From: a virus
IMG/VR virus record: IMGVR_UViG_3300026519_000239
Coordinates: 10,336 to 74,335 of that record
Direction: 5' to 3' (one strand)
DNA length: 64,000 nt
Shown here in pieces: positions 1-8,973 of the stretch (positions are counted from its first letter, which is position 1; each line of letters begins with the position of its first letter). The translations under genes and the position numbers were made by a program. The notes below the pieces were generated by a model that was not told the origin of the DNA, did not search any database, and saw nothing but the letters and a program-made list of their open reading frames with translations.

Positions 1-2
1 GG

Positions 3-134
3 ACTGACCCCGGCCTGCCTCCAAAGGGCACGTCACCTGATGGCGACTGGTCTGAAGCCACAGCGCGGCATGGACAGTTCACCTTGAAGGGTGACCGTAG
101 GTTCATTGGGTTCAACGTAGATAGGGGGTATTGA
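3..134 (+). CDS. possible C-terminus of an upstream gene (partial)
   Basis: Frame 3 is open from the window edge (TDPGLPPKG...NVDRGY*) and stops immediately before the endolysin ATG. Confidence 0.3.
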   Translation, partial: TDPGLPPKGTSPDGDWSEATARHGQFTLKGDRRFIGFNVDRGY

Positions 135-135
135 G

Positions 136-630
136 ATGAAGCCGCATACACGTAAGCTGTACGATCATTTCCCCGGTAAGACGACACACAATCGGCTAAT
201 TGGAGTGAAGCCAAGATTGGTTGAGGTGGTTGTTCTTGGGATGCGCTATAGCACTTTGGACTTCGGTGTTAGTGAAGGCAAGAGGACACTAGAGAGGCAG
301 AAGCAGCTCTATCGTCAAGGGAAGTCTAGGACTATGAAATCTAGACACTTAGACGGCGAGGCAGTTGACATATACGTATCAAGAGGGAAAGACAACGGAT
401 ACAACTTCGAGCAACTCTGCGAGTGCATGAAGGGCATCTGGTACGCCGCTGAATACTTCGATGTGTTGGGTAAGATGCGGTGGGGAGGAGTATGGGACAG
501 GAGGCTGGATAAGCTCAATCCAGAGAAACTTCTGGATGAGCACAAAGCCTATGTGAAAAGGTTCAGGAGTGCGAAGGGTAGGAGTCCATTAGTTGACCTC
601 CCTCATATTGAGTTTGCTAGTAATACCTAG
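136..630 (+). CDS. endolysin, M15-family (L-Ala-D-Glu) peptidase
   Basis: EGxRT-x3-Q, SRHLDGEAVD (SxHxxGxAxD), WGG-W and DLPHIE zinc-peptidase motifs. Confidence 0.85.
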   Translation: MKPHTRKLYDHFPGKTTHNRLIGVKPRLVEVVVLGMRYSTLDFGVSEGKRTLERQKQLYRQGKSRTMKSRHLDGEAVDIYVSRGKDNGYNFEQLCECMKGIWYAAEYFDVLGKMRWGGVWDRRLDKLNPEKLLDEHKAYVKRFRSAKGRSPLVDLPHIEFASNT

Positions 631-768
631 TTATCTAATTCACTACGTATATCGACAATGACAAACAACCAACTTCCAACTGGTAGCAAGGAGAGCACCA
701 GTTGGGAGTAGTTTTTCCATGGAAGGAGGACTACAGGCCATAGCCACACAAAGACAATAATATCTACA

Positions 769-1506
769 CTATGCTTCCACTGCCCCGTTAATAAAATTAT
801 TAGCAAAGACATCACGCTCAATAGTTCGCGTGCGCGCCTTTTCCTCAACAGTGTTGGCATAATTATTTTCTTTCATTCTGTAACTCAGTTTGGCTACATT
901 AGCATTAATGATCCTCTTACTAAGTTCTATAGCAAATTCATGTGAAAGTATCTTTTCCTCATCATATTTATTAAACCAACGAAGGATATTTATATCTTCG
1001 TTATATATTTCAAGTATTGAATGATCTTTCTCCCCGGAGTCAATATCATTAATAAACTCCGCTAGATCATTTAGATTCATTACTACGCTACGTGTAAATA
1101 CACGGATACTTTCAATAACTAATAGTTGAAGCTTCTCAGTGAAATCGGTTGAAGTAACTAAGTATTCAACCCAGTTTGGTTTTAGATGTGCTTTTTTGAC
1201 CATATCCAATAGATCAATTGCGTACCCTTGTAGCGATGTATTGGTTTCTTTAGTGGCTTCAGTATCCCACTCAGATATTGCATCAATTGCGCTACTATCA
1301 TCTCCATAAATTGTGTTGTGAACTGCTTGTGTATAGAAGAACAGATCACCAAGTTCTTCAAGTGAGTTATAGATGCTTACTGATTCAAGCAATTCATGGG
1401 ACTCTGTAGCAACGCCCATAACTGCATGTAGGATGGCTTTCTCTTTGTCTGTAGCATCATGAGCAGGAATCATGAATTTATCATTTACGAAATTGCTGTA
1501 GTTCAT
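769..1506 (-). CDS. mazG: MazG-like nucleotide pyrophosphohydrolase
   Basis: LHAVMGVATESHELLE, EELGDLFFY and C-terminal NANVAKL..R motifs. Confidence 0.7.
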   Translation of the reverse strand: MNYSNFVNDKFMIPAHDATDKEKAILHAVMGVATESHELLESVSIYNSLEELGDLFFYTQAVHNTIYGDDSSAIDAISEWDTEATKETNTSLQGYAIDLLDMVKKAHLKPNWVEYLVTSTDFTEKLQLLVIESIRVFTRSVVMNLNDLAEFINDIDSGEKDHSILEIYNEDINILRWFNKYDEEKILSHEFAIELSKRIINANVAKLSYRMKENNYANTVEEKARTRTIERDVFANNFINGAVEA

Positions 1507-2095
1507 TGTTGTTTCCTTTTGGTTTGGGTTGGGCTAACTGTTGGAAGTCAGCATAGTGATGGTTTCCCATAGGGCTATTTTGAGTTGTGAGTACACCGAT
1601 AGGTACCCACTTTCCATTGAACACTCCAAATACTGGTGAGCCACTCATGCCACTTACTACTGGCTCCCCGTCCAATTGAATGATCCAAGTACCTTGGCTT
1701 ATATCCCTATCTACATACACTTTCCCTGTGCGGTGTACAACACAATGAGAGCCTTCTGGATAGCCCATGATGTGTATCTTTTGTCCTATTACTGGTTCAG
1801 GAAAGTCACCCTCCTGTATGTGATCGTTTGGATCAGCGAAGCGCACAATGTCATTTCCGAGGATTTCTACTACATAGCCTTTTGGGATGATACTTGGAAA
1901 TGTGTATTCTTGAGCTTTGAGTACGTGATATGCAGAATACCAGGCATCCTTGTACTTATAGTAAGTACCATATGCAGTACTCCTATCAGATTGATGATAG
2001 ACCCGTTCAACCCTTAATGGGAATAGTTCTGCTTGTGATTCTGCCGTCATACTTAGCAGCAGCAGTAGCGTAATGAGCTTTATAAGTGTGTTCAT
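1481..2095 (-). CDS. secreted trypsin-like serine protease
   Basis: Signal peptide from ATG 2095 (MNTLIKLITLLLLLSMTAESQA); triad SAYHV / NDIV / GMSGSP; ORF track starts it at 2158. Confidence 0.75.
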   Translation of the reverse strand: MNTLIKLITLLLLLSMTAESQAELFPLRVERVYHQSDRSTAYGTYYKYKDAWYSAYHVLKAQEYTFPSIIPKGYVVEILGNDIVRFADPNDHIQEGDFPEPVIGQKIHIMGYPEGSHCVVHRTGKVYVDRDISQGTWIIQLDGEPVVSGMSGSPVFGVFNGKWVPIGVLTTQNSPMGNHHYADFQQLAQPKPKGNNNELQQFRK

Positions 2096-2345
2096 GGTAT
2101 TCCGAAATCTCCGTGGAGGATATTGATGGCTTATATCCTGCTTCCTCCAATAGAGCAATTAAGGAACCAATTCTTATAGATAGATACACCGAACGGAACG
2201 ATAGAAGAGGGTACTCATGCTCTTCATTGGCTTGAATCACTTCATCATATGTTTTCTTTATGGCTCTGTTGAGTTTGTCAATTACTGCCGGTGTTAGGGT
2301 TGATACGCCTTGCACAACAGGCATAGGTGGGTTTTCTTCAAACAT
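2007..2345 (-). CDS. hypothetical protein
   Basis: 112-aa ORF with GAGG RBS, first gene of the antisense island; overlaps the protease start. Confidence 0.5.
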   Translation of the reverse strand: MFEENPPMPVVQGVSTLTPAVIDKLNRAIKKTYDEVIQANEEHEYPLLSFRSVYLSIRIGSLIALLEEAGYKPSISSTEISEYHEHTYKAHYATAAAKYDGRITSRTIPIKG

Positions 2346-2418
2346 GTAGTTTAGTACCTCGTAGTTAAAAGGAGTGGTATCCTACCACTTAACTTACCTA
2401 TACAGATGGTGTCCTCGA

Positions 2419-4419
2419 ATGTCTGAATATATCGATCATGGTGATGATCCAAGAATTGAGAAGTTGCAGCCTAAGTGGAAGAACCCACCTACACCAGAAG
2501 ACTTATCTAATGTTCTCAATTCTTCCAGTAGTGAGTACCACAGCAATAAAAAACGCATTGATGATTGGAAAGATCTGAGGCATGCAACTGGGAAGTACAA
2601 AATAAAGAAGTGCAATAACAAGCAACACTCTACTACTGTTCCCAAGTTAGCCCGTATCCACGCTGAATGGAGATACTCTTCACTTGCTGAGCCACTGCAT
2701 GCTTCCAAGAAGTTAGCTAGCATTAAAGCCAATGGTGTTGAAGATATAGCCTTGGCTCGCCAACAATCAGAAGTAGTTAACTACCATCTCAATAGGAATA
2801 TTCGAAGAGTTGCTTTTATTGACAAAGCAGTACGTAGGTATGTTAATGAAGCAACTCTCTGTATTCGTTCTGGCTGGGTTAGAGAGGAAACCAAACAGAA
2901 GGTACAGAAGGTTGTACTTGGGGCTACAGGAGAGCCTATTGGAGAGATAGAGCAAGAAGAGATGGTCGTTACCAAGAATCATCCAGTTCTTGAAGTCATC
3001 CCTATTGAGCGTATCCGGGTTGACCCAGATGCTATGGGAGATTACGACAAAGCTCAATTCATTGCTTATGACTATCTAAGTAATTTGGATGATTTAAGAA
3101 AGCGTGGATACAAGAATCTGGAGGCTGTGAAAATAGCTAGGGCATCGGCTATCAATGAAGGTGTAGCCACATATACCAACTCTTCTAATAACCAAGTGTG
3201 GGTTACTGAATATTGGGGCAAGTGGGACATTAATGATGATGGTTCATTGGTTCCTATTATTGCTTCCTATGTAGGTGGAGTAATGATTAAGCTCCGTAAG
3301 AATCCATTTCCAGATGGTTTCTACCCATTCTCATTTGCACAATACATGCCTGATCCAGATAGTAACTATGGGGAGGCTGATGCTGAATTATTACGTGACA
3401 GTCAGCTCATTAACGGTGCATTAATGAGAGGTGTATTGGATACCCTTGGTAAGTCAGCCGCAGGACAAAGAGGCCTCAGAGCACAAGCATTGTCTCCTAC
3501 TGAACGTAGGAAGTTTGAGAGGGGTGAGGACTACATGACTCGTGAAGGAGTCAACCCAGAGGATGCTGTGTATATTCATCAGTTCCCTGAAGTAAGCCAA
3601 ACCCCATTGGTTCTATTGGATCGTGAAAGTAACTACGCAGAAGCTCTCACAGGCGTTAAGACATTCGGACAAGGTATTAATTCTACTTCTGTTGGGGATG
3701 TAGCCAGTAATGGCGAGAGAGCCATGGATGCAGCTTCAAAGCGTGAATCAGGTATTCTCAGGAGACTTGCTGAATGCTTGTCTGATGCCTTCAAAAAGGT
3801 CAGCATGATGTGCTTGGCTTACCACACTCCTGATGAAGTAGAGCGCATTACAGGGCAGCCATACGTACCAGCAGAACCAGCAGGTATGCATGAAATGGAT
3901 TTGACTGTGAGTGTACGTACTCCTGAACAAGACCAAGCAGATGCAGATAGGTTGGCTTTCATATTACAAACAGTAGGTAATAACAGTGATCCAAAACTGG
4001 TTCAGCTTATATGGGGACAGTTGCTGAGATTGCAGAATCAGGACGACTTTGCTGACATTGTAGAACAGTATGAGCCACAGCCTGATCCTCTTGAGATTGA
4101 AAGACAGCAGCTTGAGATTGAGTTGCTTAAAGCTCAGATTACAGAACTTCAGTCACAAGCTATGGAAAATCAAGCCAGAGGACAGAACTACCAAGCACAG
4201 GCTCAGAAAGAACAGTCACATGCTCGTAAGCTTGAGGCTGAGGCTGATAAAGCTGCTCTTGAGTATGTGGAAGAAGAATCTGGTACTAACCATGAGAGAG
4301 AGAAAGAGTTGGCTTCAATTCAAGCTCAGAGCAATATTCAGCTAGCAGCTCTTAAAGGTAAACTGGAATTGCTTAAAGAGTCTGCTAAACCAAAACCAGC
4401 CCAAGGTAAGAGTAAATGA
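2419..4419 (+). CDS. portal protein (N4 gp59-like)
   Basis: W-K-N-P-P N-terminus, PKLAR..AEWRYSSL.EP, EYWG.WDI..DG, YGEADAELL motifs; coiled-coil C-terminus; synteny. ORF track starts at 2374. Confidence 0.9.
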   Translation: MSEYIDHGDDPRIEKLQPKWKNPPTPEDLSNVLNSSSSEYHSNKKRIDDWKDLRHATGKYKIKKCNNKQHSTTVPKLARIHAEWRYSSLAEPLHASKKLASIKANGVEDIALARQQSEVVNYHLNRNIRRVAFIDKAVRRYVNEATLCIRSGWVREETKQKVQKVVLGATGEPIGEIEQEEMVVTKNHPVLEVIPIERIRVDPDAMGDYDKAQFIAYDYLSNLDDLRKRGYKNLEAVKIARASAINEGVATYTNSSNNQVWVTEYWGKWDINDDGSLVPIIASYVGGVMIKLRKNPFPDGFYPFSFAQYMPDPDSNYGEADAELLRDSQLINGALMRGVLDTLGKSAAGQRGLRAQALSPTERRKFERGEDYMTREGVNPEDAVYIHQFPEVSQTPLVLLDRESNYAEALTGVKTFGQGINSTSVGDVASNGERAMDAASKRESGILRRLAECLSDAFKKVSMMCLAYHTPDEVERITGQPYVPAEPAGMHEMDLTVSVRTPEQDQADADRLAFILQTVGNNSDPKLVQLIWGQLLRLQNQDDFADIVEQYEPQPDPLEIERQQLEIELLKAQITELQSQAMENQARGQNYQAQAQKEQSHARKLEAEADKAALEYVEEESGTNHEREKELASIQAQSNIQLAALKGKLELLKESAKPKPAQGKSK

Positions 4420-4736
4420 CGCCTGAACAAGAAGCAGTAGATACACTTCAACAACTCAGACACGCAATGGATAGAGCACGTAAGCTACAAAGGCTTATGG
4501 ACTCTCCTGAGTGGGTTGAGTTGATCGAGGAAGGGTATCTTCTTCGAGATGTAATCCAAGCTAATAGACAGCGAATCACAGCTAAAGACCCGACTCCACA
4601 TGAATTGGTTCTGAATGGGGCTGCTGCTTTGGCTTTGTGGATTGACACTGTATTAAATGATGGTGTTAATGCAAGTGAAGCTATACCTGACTTACAAGAA
4701 GAAGTAAGTCAACTAACCCAACCTAGTGAGGATTGA
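4416..4736 (+). CDS. N4 gp58-like conserved protein
   Basis: LQRLMDSPEW.ELIEEGY motif; lies between portal and gp57-like gene. Confidence 0.7.
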   Translation: MTPEQEAVDTLQQLRHAMDRARKLQRLMDSPEWVELIEEGYLLRDVIQANRQRITAKDPTPHELVLNGAAALALWIDTVLNDGVNASEAIPDLQEEVSQLTQPSED

Positions 4737-5869
4737 TGATGAATGAGAATGAAGCCCAAGAGCAAACTCAAGATGAAGAAGTAGCTACCCCATTGGACAA
4801 TATGTCTGATGAAGAAATTTTAGCTATGGATGAAGCATTTAGTGCAGCATCTAAGCAAGAAGAAAATCCAGTTGATGAAGAGCAGGAGACAATTAAGGAG
4901 GAGACTGTAGATGACAGCTCTGAGAAGCAGGATGATGTTAAGCCAGAAGAAGACGAAGAATCTGATGGAGAAGCTGGTGATAGCGACGTTAACGATACTG
5001 TTGACACTAGCAGCTCTAATGATGATTCTTCCAGTAATGGGCCTGATGAAGATGACGATGGAGACCTTTTATTAAAGGTTAATATCAATGGTACTGAGGT
5101 GCCTATCAAAGATGTTGAAGAAGCTAGGATACTTATCGAGAAAGGAATTCAAGCACAGCAGAAGTATGAGAAATCACAAGATAAGTTATCTTTGGCGCAT
5201 ACACTGGAAGAGCAGGGAATTAAAGATCAAGCGCAGGTGAACCTGCTTATTGAAGCTGCTAAAGGTAAGCCAGAAGCTATTGTTGAGCTTCTCAAGCAGA
5301 ATGAATTGAGTATTGAGGATATTGAAGAGCTTACTGAGAAAGATACTGAGTACAAGCCAGATGACTATAGTGTTGATAAGAAACAACTGGCAGTAGGTGA
5401 AGTACTTAATGAACTTGCTGCTGACAATGAGTTTAACAAGACTGCTGATGTACTCCGTGGTCTGGATCAGGCTGATAAAGCATTGCTAGAAGAGAATCCA
5501 GAAGATATCCGTGTACTACATGATCACATTAAGAGTGGCGTATATAACCAAATTCAAGGATTGGTTCTGAAAGAGAAGATGCAAGGTAATTTGCAAGGAA
5601 TGACCCAGCTACAGGCATACCAAGCCATGGTTCAGAAAGTAATGGAGTCAGTACCTGATATAAGTACTTCCAATACTGCTACAAATAAAAAAGAAAAAGT
5701 TGATAAAACAGTAAGTACCAATGATAAAAGTAAAGCAGCAAGTGAAGCTGCTGATGCATCTTCTTCCGTAACTTCTGGTAAAGGAAGGAAGGATGATGCT
5801 AATGAAGGCTCGGTGGATTTGGATTCATTGTCAGATGAAGACATCCTCGCTATTGATTTCTACATATAA
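4733..5869 (+). CDS. N4 gp57-like acidic protein (probable scaffold)
   Basis: Very acidic; MSDEEILA motif at N-terminus echoed by LSDEDILA at C-terminus; directly upstream of capsid gene. Confidence 0.7.
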   Translation: MMMNENEAQEQTQDEEVATPLDNMSDEEILAMDEAFSAASKQEENPVDEEQETIKEETVDDSSEKQDDVKPEEDEESDGEAGDSDVNDTVDTSSSNDDSSSNGPDEDDDGDLLLKVNINGTEVPIKDVEEARILIEKGIQAQQKYEKSQDKLSLAHTLEEQGIKDQAQVNLLIEAAKGKPEAIVELLKQNELSIEDIEELTEKDTEYKPDDYSVDKKQLAVGEVLNELAADNEFNKTADVLRGLDQADKALLEENPEDIRVLHDHIKSGVYNQIQGLVLKEKMQGNLQGMTQLQAYQAMVQKVMESVPDISTSNTATNKKEKVDKTVSTNDKSKAASEAADASSSVTSGKGRKDDANEGSVDLDSLSDEDILAIDFYI

Positions 5870-5886
5870 CCGGAAGGGTGAAGTAA

Positions 5887-7359
5887 ATGGTAATGAAGTA
5901 TAACGCTCCTCATACCAATCCATCGACGATGGGTGAGCAGGAGTTTGTCCGTTGGTACAAGCGCAGAGCGTTGGTTGACGCTATGCAAAATGAGTTTTTC
6001 GGTCAATTCTCTACCCGTGAGGTGATGCCGAAACACTATGGTAAGAAGATTAGTCAGGATGTTATCCATCCTATTATCTCTGATCAGAACCTCACTTCTG
6101 AGGGTATTGATGCCAATGGATTGACTACTAATCGTAAAGTTACAATCACTATTGTAGCTGCCGGTAATACTGCTACCTACGCTATCCACAATCGCCTTCG
6201 TTCAGAGACACAGGCCACTCACTATGCTGTTGGTGAGGGTCCGGATGCTGCTACTGCACTAGCTAATGCAAAAGCGGATGCAGTCAATATCTTTAAGCAA
6301 CTCGGTGTATTCAATACTGACTACGACACTACCGTTGCTGAAGTAACCGATAACACTAAGTTCAACCCTGTATGGGTTGTCTCTGTAAGTCCTGATGTAC
6401 CGGCCACTGGTAATTTGTGGGCATCTTCTCGCAGCGTAGGTAACGTTACCCAAAAGATCCCGTACATCGGCGAAACTGGTGGACGTGTGAATCGTGTTGG
6501 CACTACTCGCCATAAGATCGAATCCACTCTGCGTAATGTAGGTATCTTCCGTGAATGGACTGCTGATTCTGTTGACTTTGATACAGACCGTGAACTGCAA
6601 GCTCACTGGGAACGTGAGATGCTACGTGCAGGAATGGAAATCAAGGAAACTCTCCTTCAACTAGATATCCTGAATTCTGCTGGTTTGGTTCGTTATTGCG
6701 GTGATGCTGTATCTACTGCCACTATGACTGGCGAAACAGGTGATGTGAAATCTGCTGTCACTTACGAAGACCTGATGCGGCTGGATATGGATCAGAATGC
6801 AGTAAGGACTCCAAAGAAGATTTCAGCTATCTACGGCACACGTAGGGTAGACACCCGTACTGTTCAGAATGCACGTGTACTGCTGGTTGGTTCTGAACTG
6901 GTGCCCATGTTGCGTAAGATGAAGGACTCTTTTGGAGATCGTGCCTTTATTGGTGTTGAGAAATATGGTGGCAATACTACTGGCTTGAAAGGTGAGATTG
7001 GTGCTGTCGGACCATATCGTATTGTTGAAGTACCTTCTATGCTGTACTGGGATGGTGCTGGTAAAGCAGTAGGTTCCAATGGTGGCAATGCTGGCTATCG
7101 TGAAACCAACGGCAAATACAACATCTATCCGATGATCTCCGTTGCTCCGGGTGCCTTTGCTGAAATTGGCTTTTATGGTGCGAATGGCGGTTCTGTTGGT
7201 TCTAAATGGCTACGTATGACTAAGAAGCCTGGTATGGAAACTATGGATCGTAACGATCCTTATGGCAAGCAGGGAATTGAATCTTTGCAATGGTGGTATG
7301 GCTATTTAGCTATGCGTCCTGAGTGGATTGCCATGATCAAAACAGTAGCAGAGCTGTAA
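5887..7359 (+). CDS. major capsid protein (N4 gp56-like)
   Basis: MPKHYGKKI, GIDANG, ETGGRVNRVG, DPYG..G..SLQWWYG...RPEW motifs. Confidence 0.93.
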   Translation: MVMKYNAPHTNPSTMGEQEFVRWYKRRALVDAMQNEFFGQFSTREVMPKHYGKKISQDVIHPIISDQNLTSEGIDANGLTTNRKVTITIVAAGNTATYAIHNRLRSETQATHYAVGEGPDAATALANAKADAVNIFKQLGVFNTDYDTTVAEVTDNTKFNPVWVVSVSPDVPATGNLWASSRSVGNVTQKIPYIGETGGRVNRVGTTRHKIESTLRNVGIFREWTADSVDFDTDRELQAHWEREMLRAGMEIKETLLQLDILNSAGLVRYCGDAVSTATMTGETGDVKSAVTYEDLMRLDMDQNAVRTPKKISAIYGTRRVDTRTVQNARVLLVGSELVPMLRKMKDSFGDRAFIGVEKYGGNTTGLKGEIGAVGPYRIVEVPSMLYWDGAGKAVGSNGGNAGYRETNGKYNIYPMISVAPGAFAEIGFYGANGGSVGSKWLRMTKKPGMETMDRNDPYGKQGIESLQWWYGYLAMRPEWIAMIKTVAEL

Positions 7360-7385
7360 GTCACTGACTTACTTGCTACACTTAT

Positions 7386-7414
7386 AAGGGACTGCTTCGG
7401 TAGTCCCTTTTTTT
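7386..7414 (+). terminator. intrinsic terminator after capsid gene
   Basis: AAGGGACTGC-TTCG-GTAGTCCCTT stem, UUCG loop, T7 tail. Confidence 0.9.
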
Positions 7415-7433
7415 ATGCGTATGAGGTAAACCC

Positions 7434-8165
7434 ATGACCAAGCAGAAACTCAGAAAACTTCTTCAAAATGAATTACGTGATGCAGGAGTTATTACCCGTG
7501 GTAATTACTCCATGGAAAAACTGCAAGACATGTATATTGGAAAGTATGGCATCAATGCTATGCATGAATTTTTAATGAAGCATGGCTACCCAGCAGGTGA
7601 CATTAAGGCACCAGAAGAAAATACGTCTACACCTATTCCAGAAGCAGAAGAAGCACCCCAAGCCAGTGCTAAGCAACCAACTGTTGTCGATGTACGAGAA
7701 GCTGCTGCTCTTATGGCTCAAGCTATTAAAGACGCTCAGCATGATAAGCAAACTCCTGTATATGACTCCCCTGATGCTGCTCCTGTTGGTTCTGATGTTG
7801 CTCGTATGCGTGCTATCAAAGATAGGGAAGCTAGTGCTTTGAGACGCGTTCAGGTTACCTGCCATGATCCACAGCTCATACAGCAAGAACGTCGTAACTA
7901 CACAGTTCAAGTAGGCAACAGCTATGTCAGTACTCAACGGTATGTAGTACCATTTGATGTACCTTGGCATGTTACTGAGTTGGTTTATAACGTTCTCAAG
8001 GAACGCACTCATACCGTACTTACAGAAACCAACCCACCAAAGACCAAAATCGTCAAATCATTCAGTATCGTTGATCTTCCACCACTTACTCCTGAAGAAG
8101 CTGAGAAATTAAAGAAGGCACAGGAAGTGTTGAAAGAAGCTGATGATATAGCTAGCGAAGGGTAA
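7434..8165 (+). CDS. N4 gp55-like protein
   Basis: LRRVQVTCHDP..VGNS..YVVPF..WHV motif; synteny. Confidence 0.75.
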   Translation: MTKQKLRKLLQNELRDAGVITRGNYSMEKLQDMYIGKYGINAMHEFLMKHGYPAGDIKAPEENTSTPIPEAEEAPQASAKQPTVVDVREAAALMAQAIKDAQHDKQTPVYDSPDAAPVGSDVARMRAIKDREASALRRVQVTCHDPQLIQQERRNYTVQVGNSYVSTQRYVVPFDVPWHVTELVYNVLKERTHTVLTETNPPKTKIVKSFSIVDLPPLTPEEAEKLKKAQEVLKEADDIASEG

Positions 8166-8170
8166 TTCTT

Positions 8171-8953
8171 ATGGCTAATGCTGATCCATTTACAAGTCAA
8201 CTATCGCAGATTGATACCCAAGGCACAGGGGTCATGGATGTCGTTATCCGTGGCTCTCTGGAATTTCTCAAGGAGGAGTATAAGGCACAGAGAATAATCC
8301 AGAAGGATTATGCTGCTATCGTTGCCCAGCTTCTCACTAAGTCAATGGATACTGCGTCTACGTATGTACTACAGAAAGCATTGGCAGATGCTCAAGTAGA
8401 ATCTGAGAAGAAAAAGAGTGAGAATCTCGCAGAAGAAGCAGCGCTATTGAGAGCCAAGACAGCCGCTACATTGGCTGATAAGGATTTAACTTTGGCTCGT
8501 ATTCCGGCGGCTCAGAAAGAAACTCAGCTAATGGACAAGAAGCTACAACAAGCAGACGCTGAGATTGCCTTGTCTCAGAAAGAGCTGGACATCAAAGAAC
8601 AGCAGAGACTGGTAATGATTCAGCAAGTGGCTGAGTCTATTGAGAAGGTCAAGTTGATGGCTGAGCAAGTCAATAGAATGACTGAAGAGGTAGAATTGTT
8701 GAAACAAAGAGTTATTACTGAGAGGGGACAAACGGATGGAACAGCATTTAATGCTACCTCTATTCTTGGTAGACAATCTGCTTTGTATGAAGAACAAAAG
8801 AATGGATACGTTAAGGATGCAAAAGTGAAGGGAGCTAAACCAGTACTGGATTTAGCAGGTACTACTATTGCCGCTACTGGCTTGAAGAATAATGCTTTTA
8901 CAGATGCAGAACTTACTGCTGCATTGGCTGCACTCGCTACTGTGAGAGCATAA
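8171..8953 (+). CDS. N4 gp54-like structural protein
   Basis: GTGVMD..EEYKAQRI..YA and LGRQ..LY..Q..GY..DA motifs; coiled coil. Confidence 0.75.
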   Translation: MANADPFTSQLSQIDTQGTGVMDVVIRGSLEFLKEEYKAQRIIQKDYAAIVAQLLTKSMDTASTYVLQKALADAQVESEKKKSENLAEEAALLRAKTAATLADKDLTLARIPAAQKETQLMDKKLQQADAEIALSQKELDIKEQQRLVMIQQVAESIEKVKLMAEQVNRMTEEVELLKQRVITERGQTDGTAFNATSILGRQSALYEEQKNGYVKDAKVKGAKPVLDLAGTTIAATGLKNNAFTDAELTAALAALATVRA

Positions 8954-8973
8954 TCCACTGAGAGGGTGTACTT

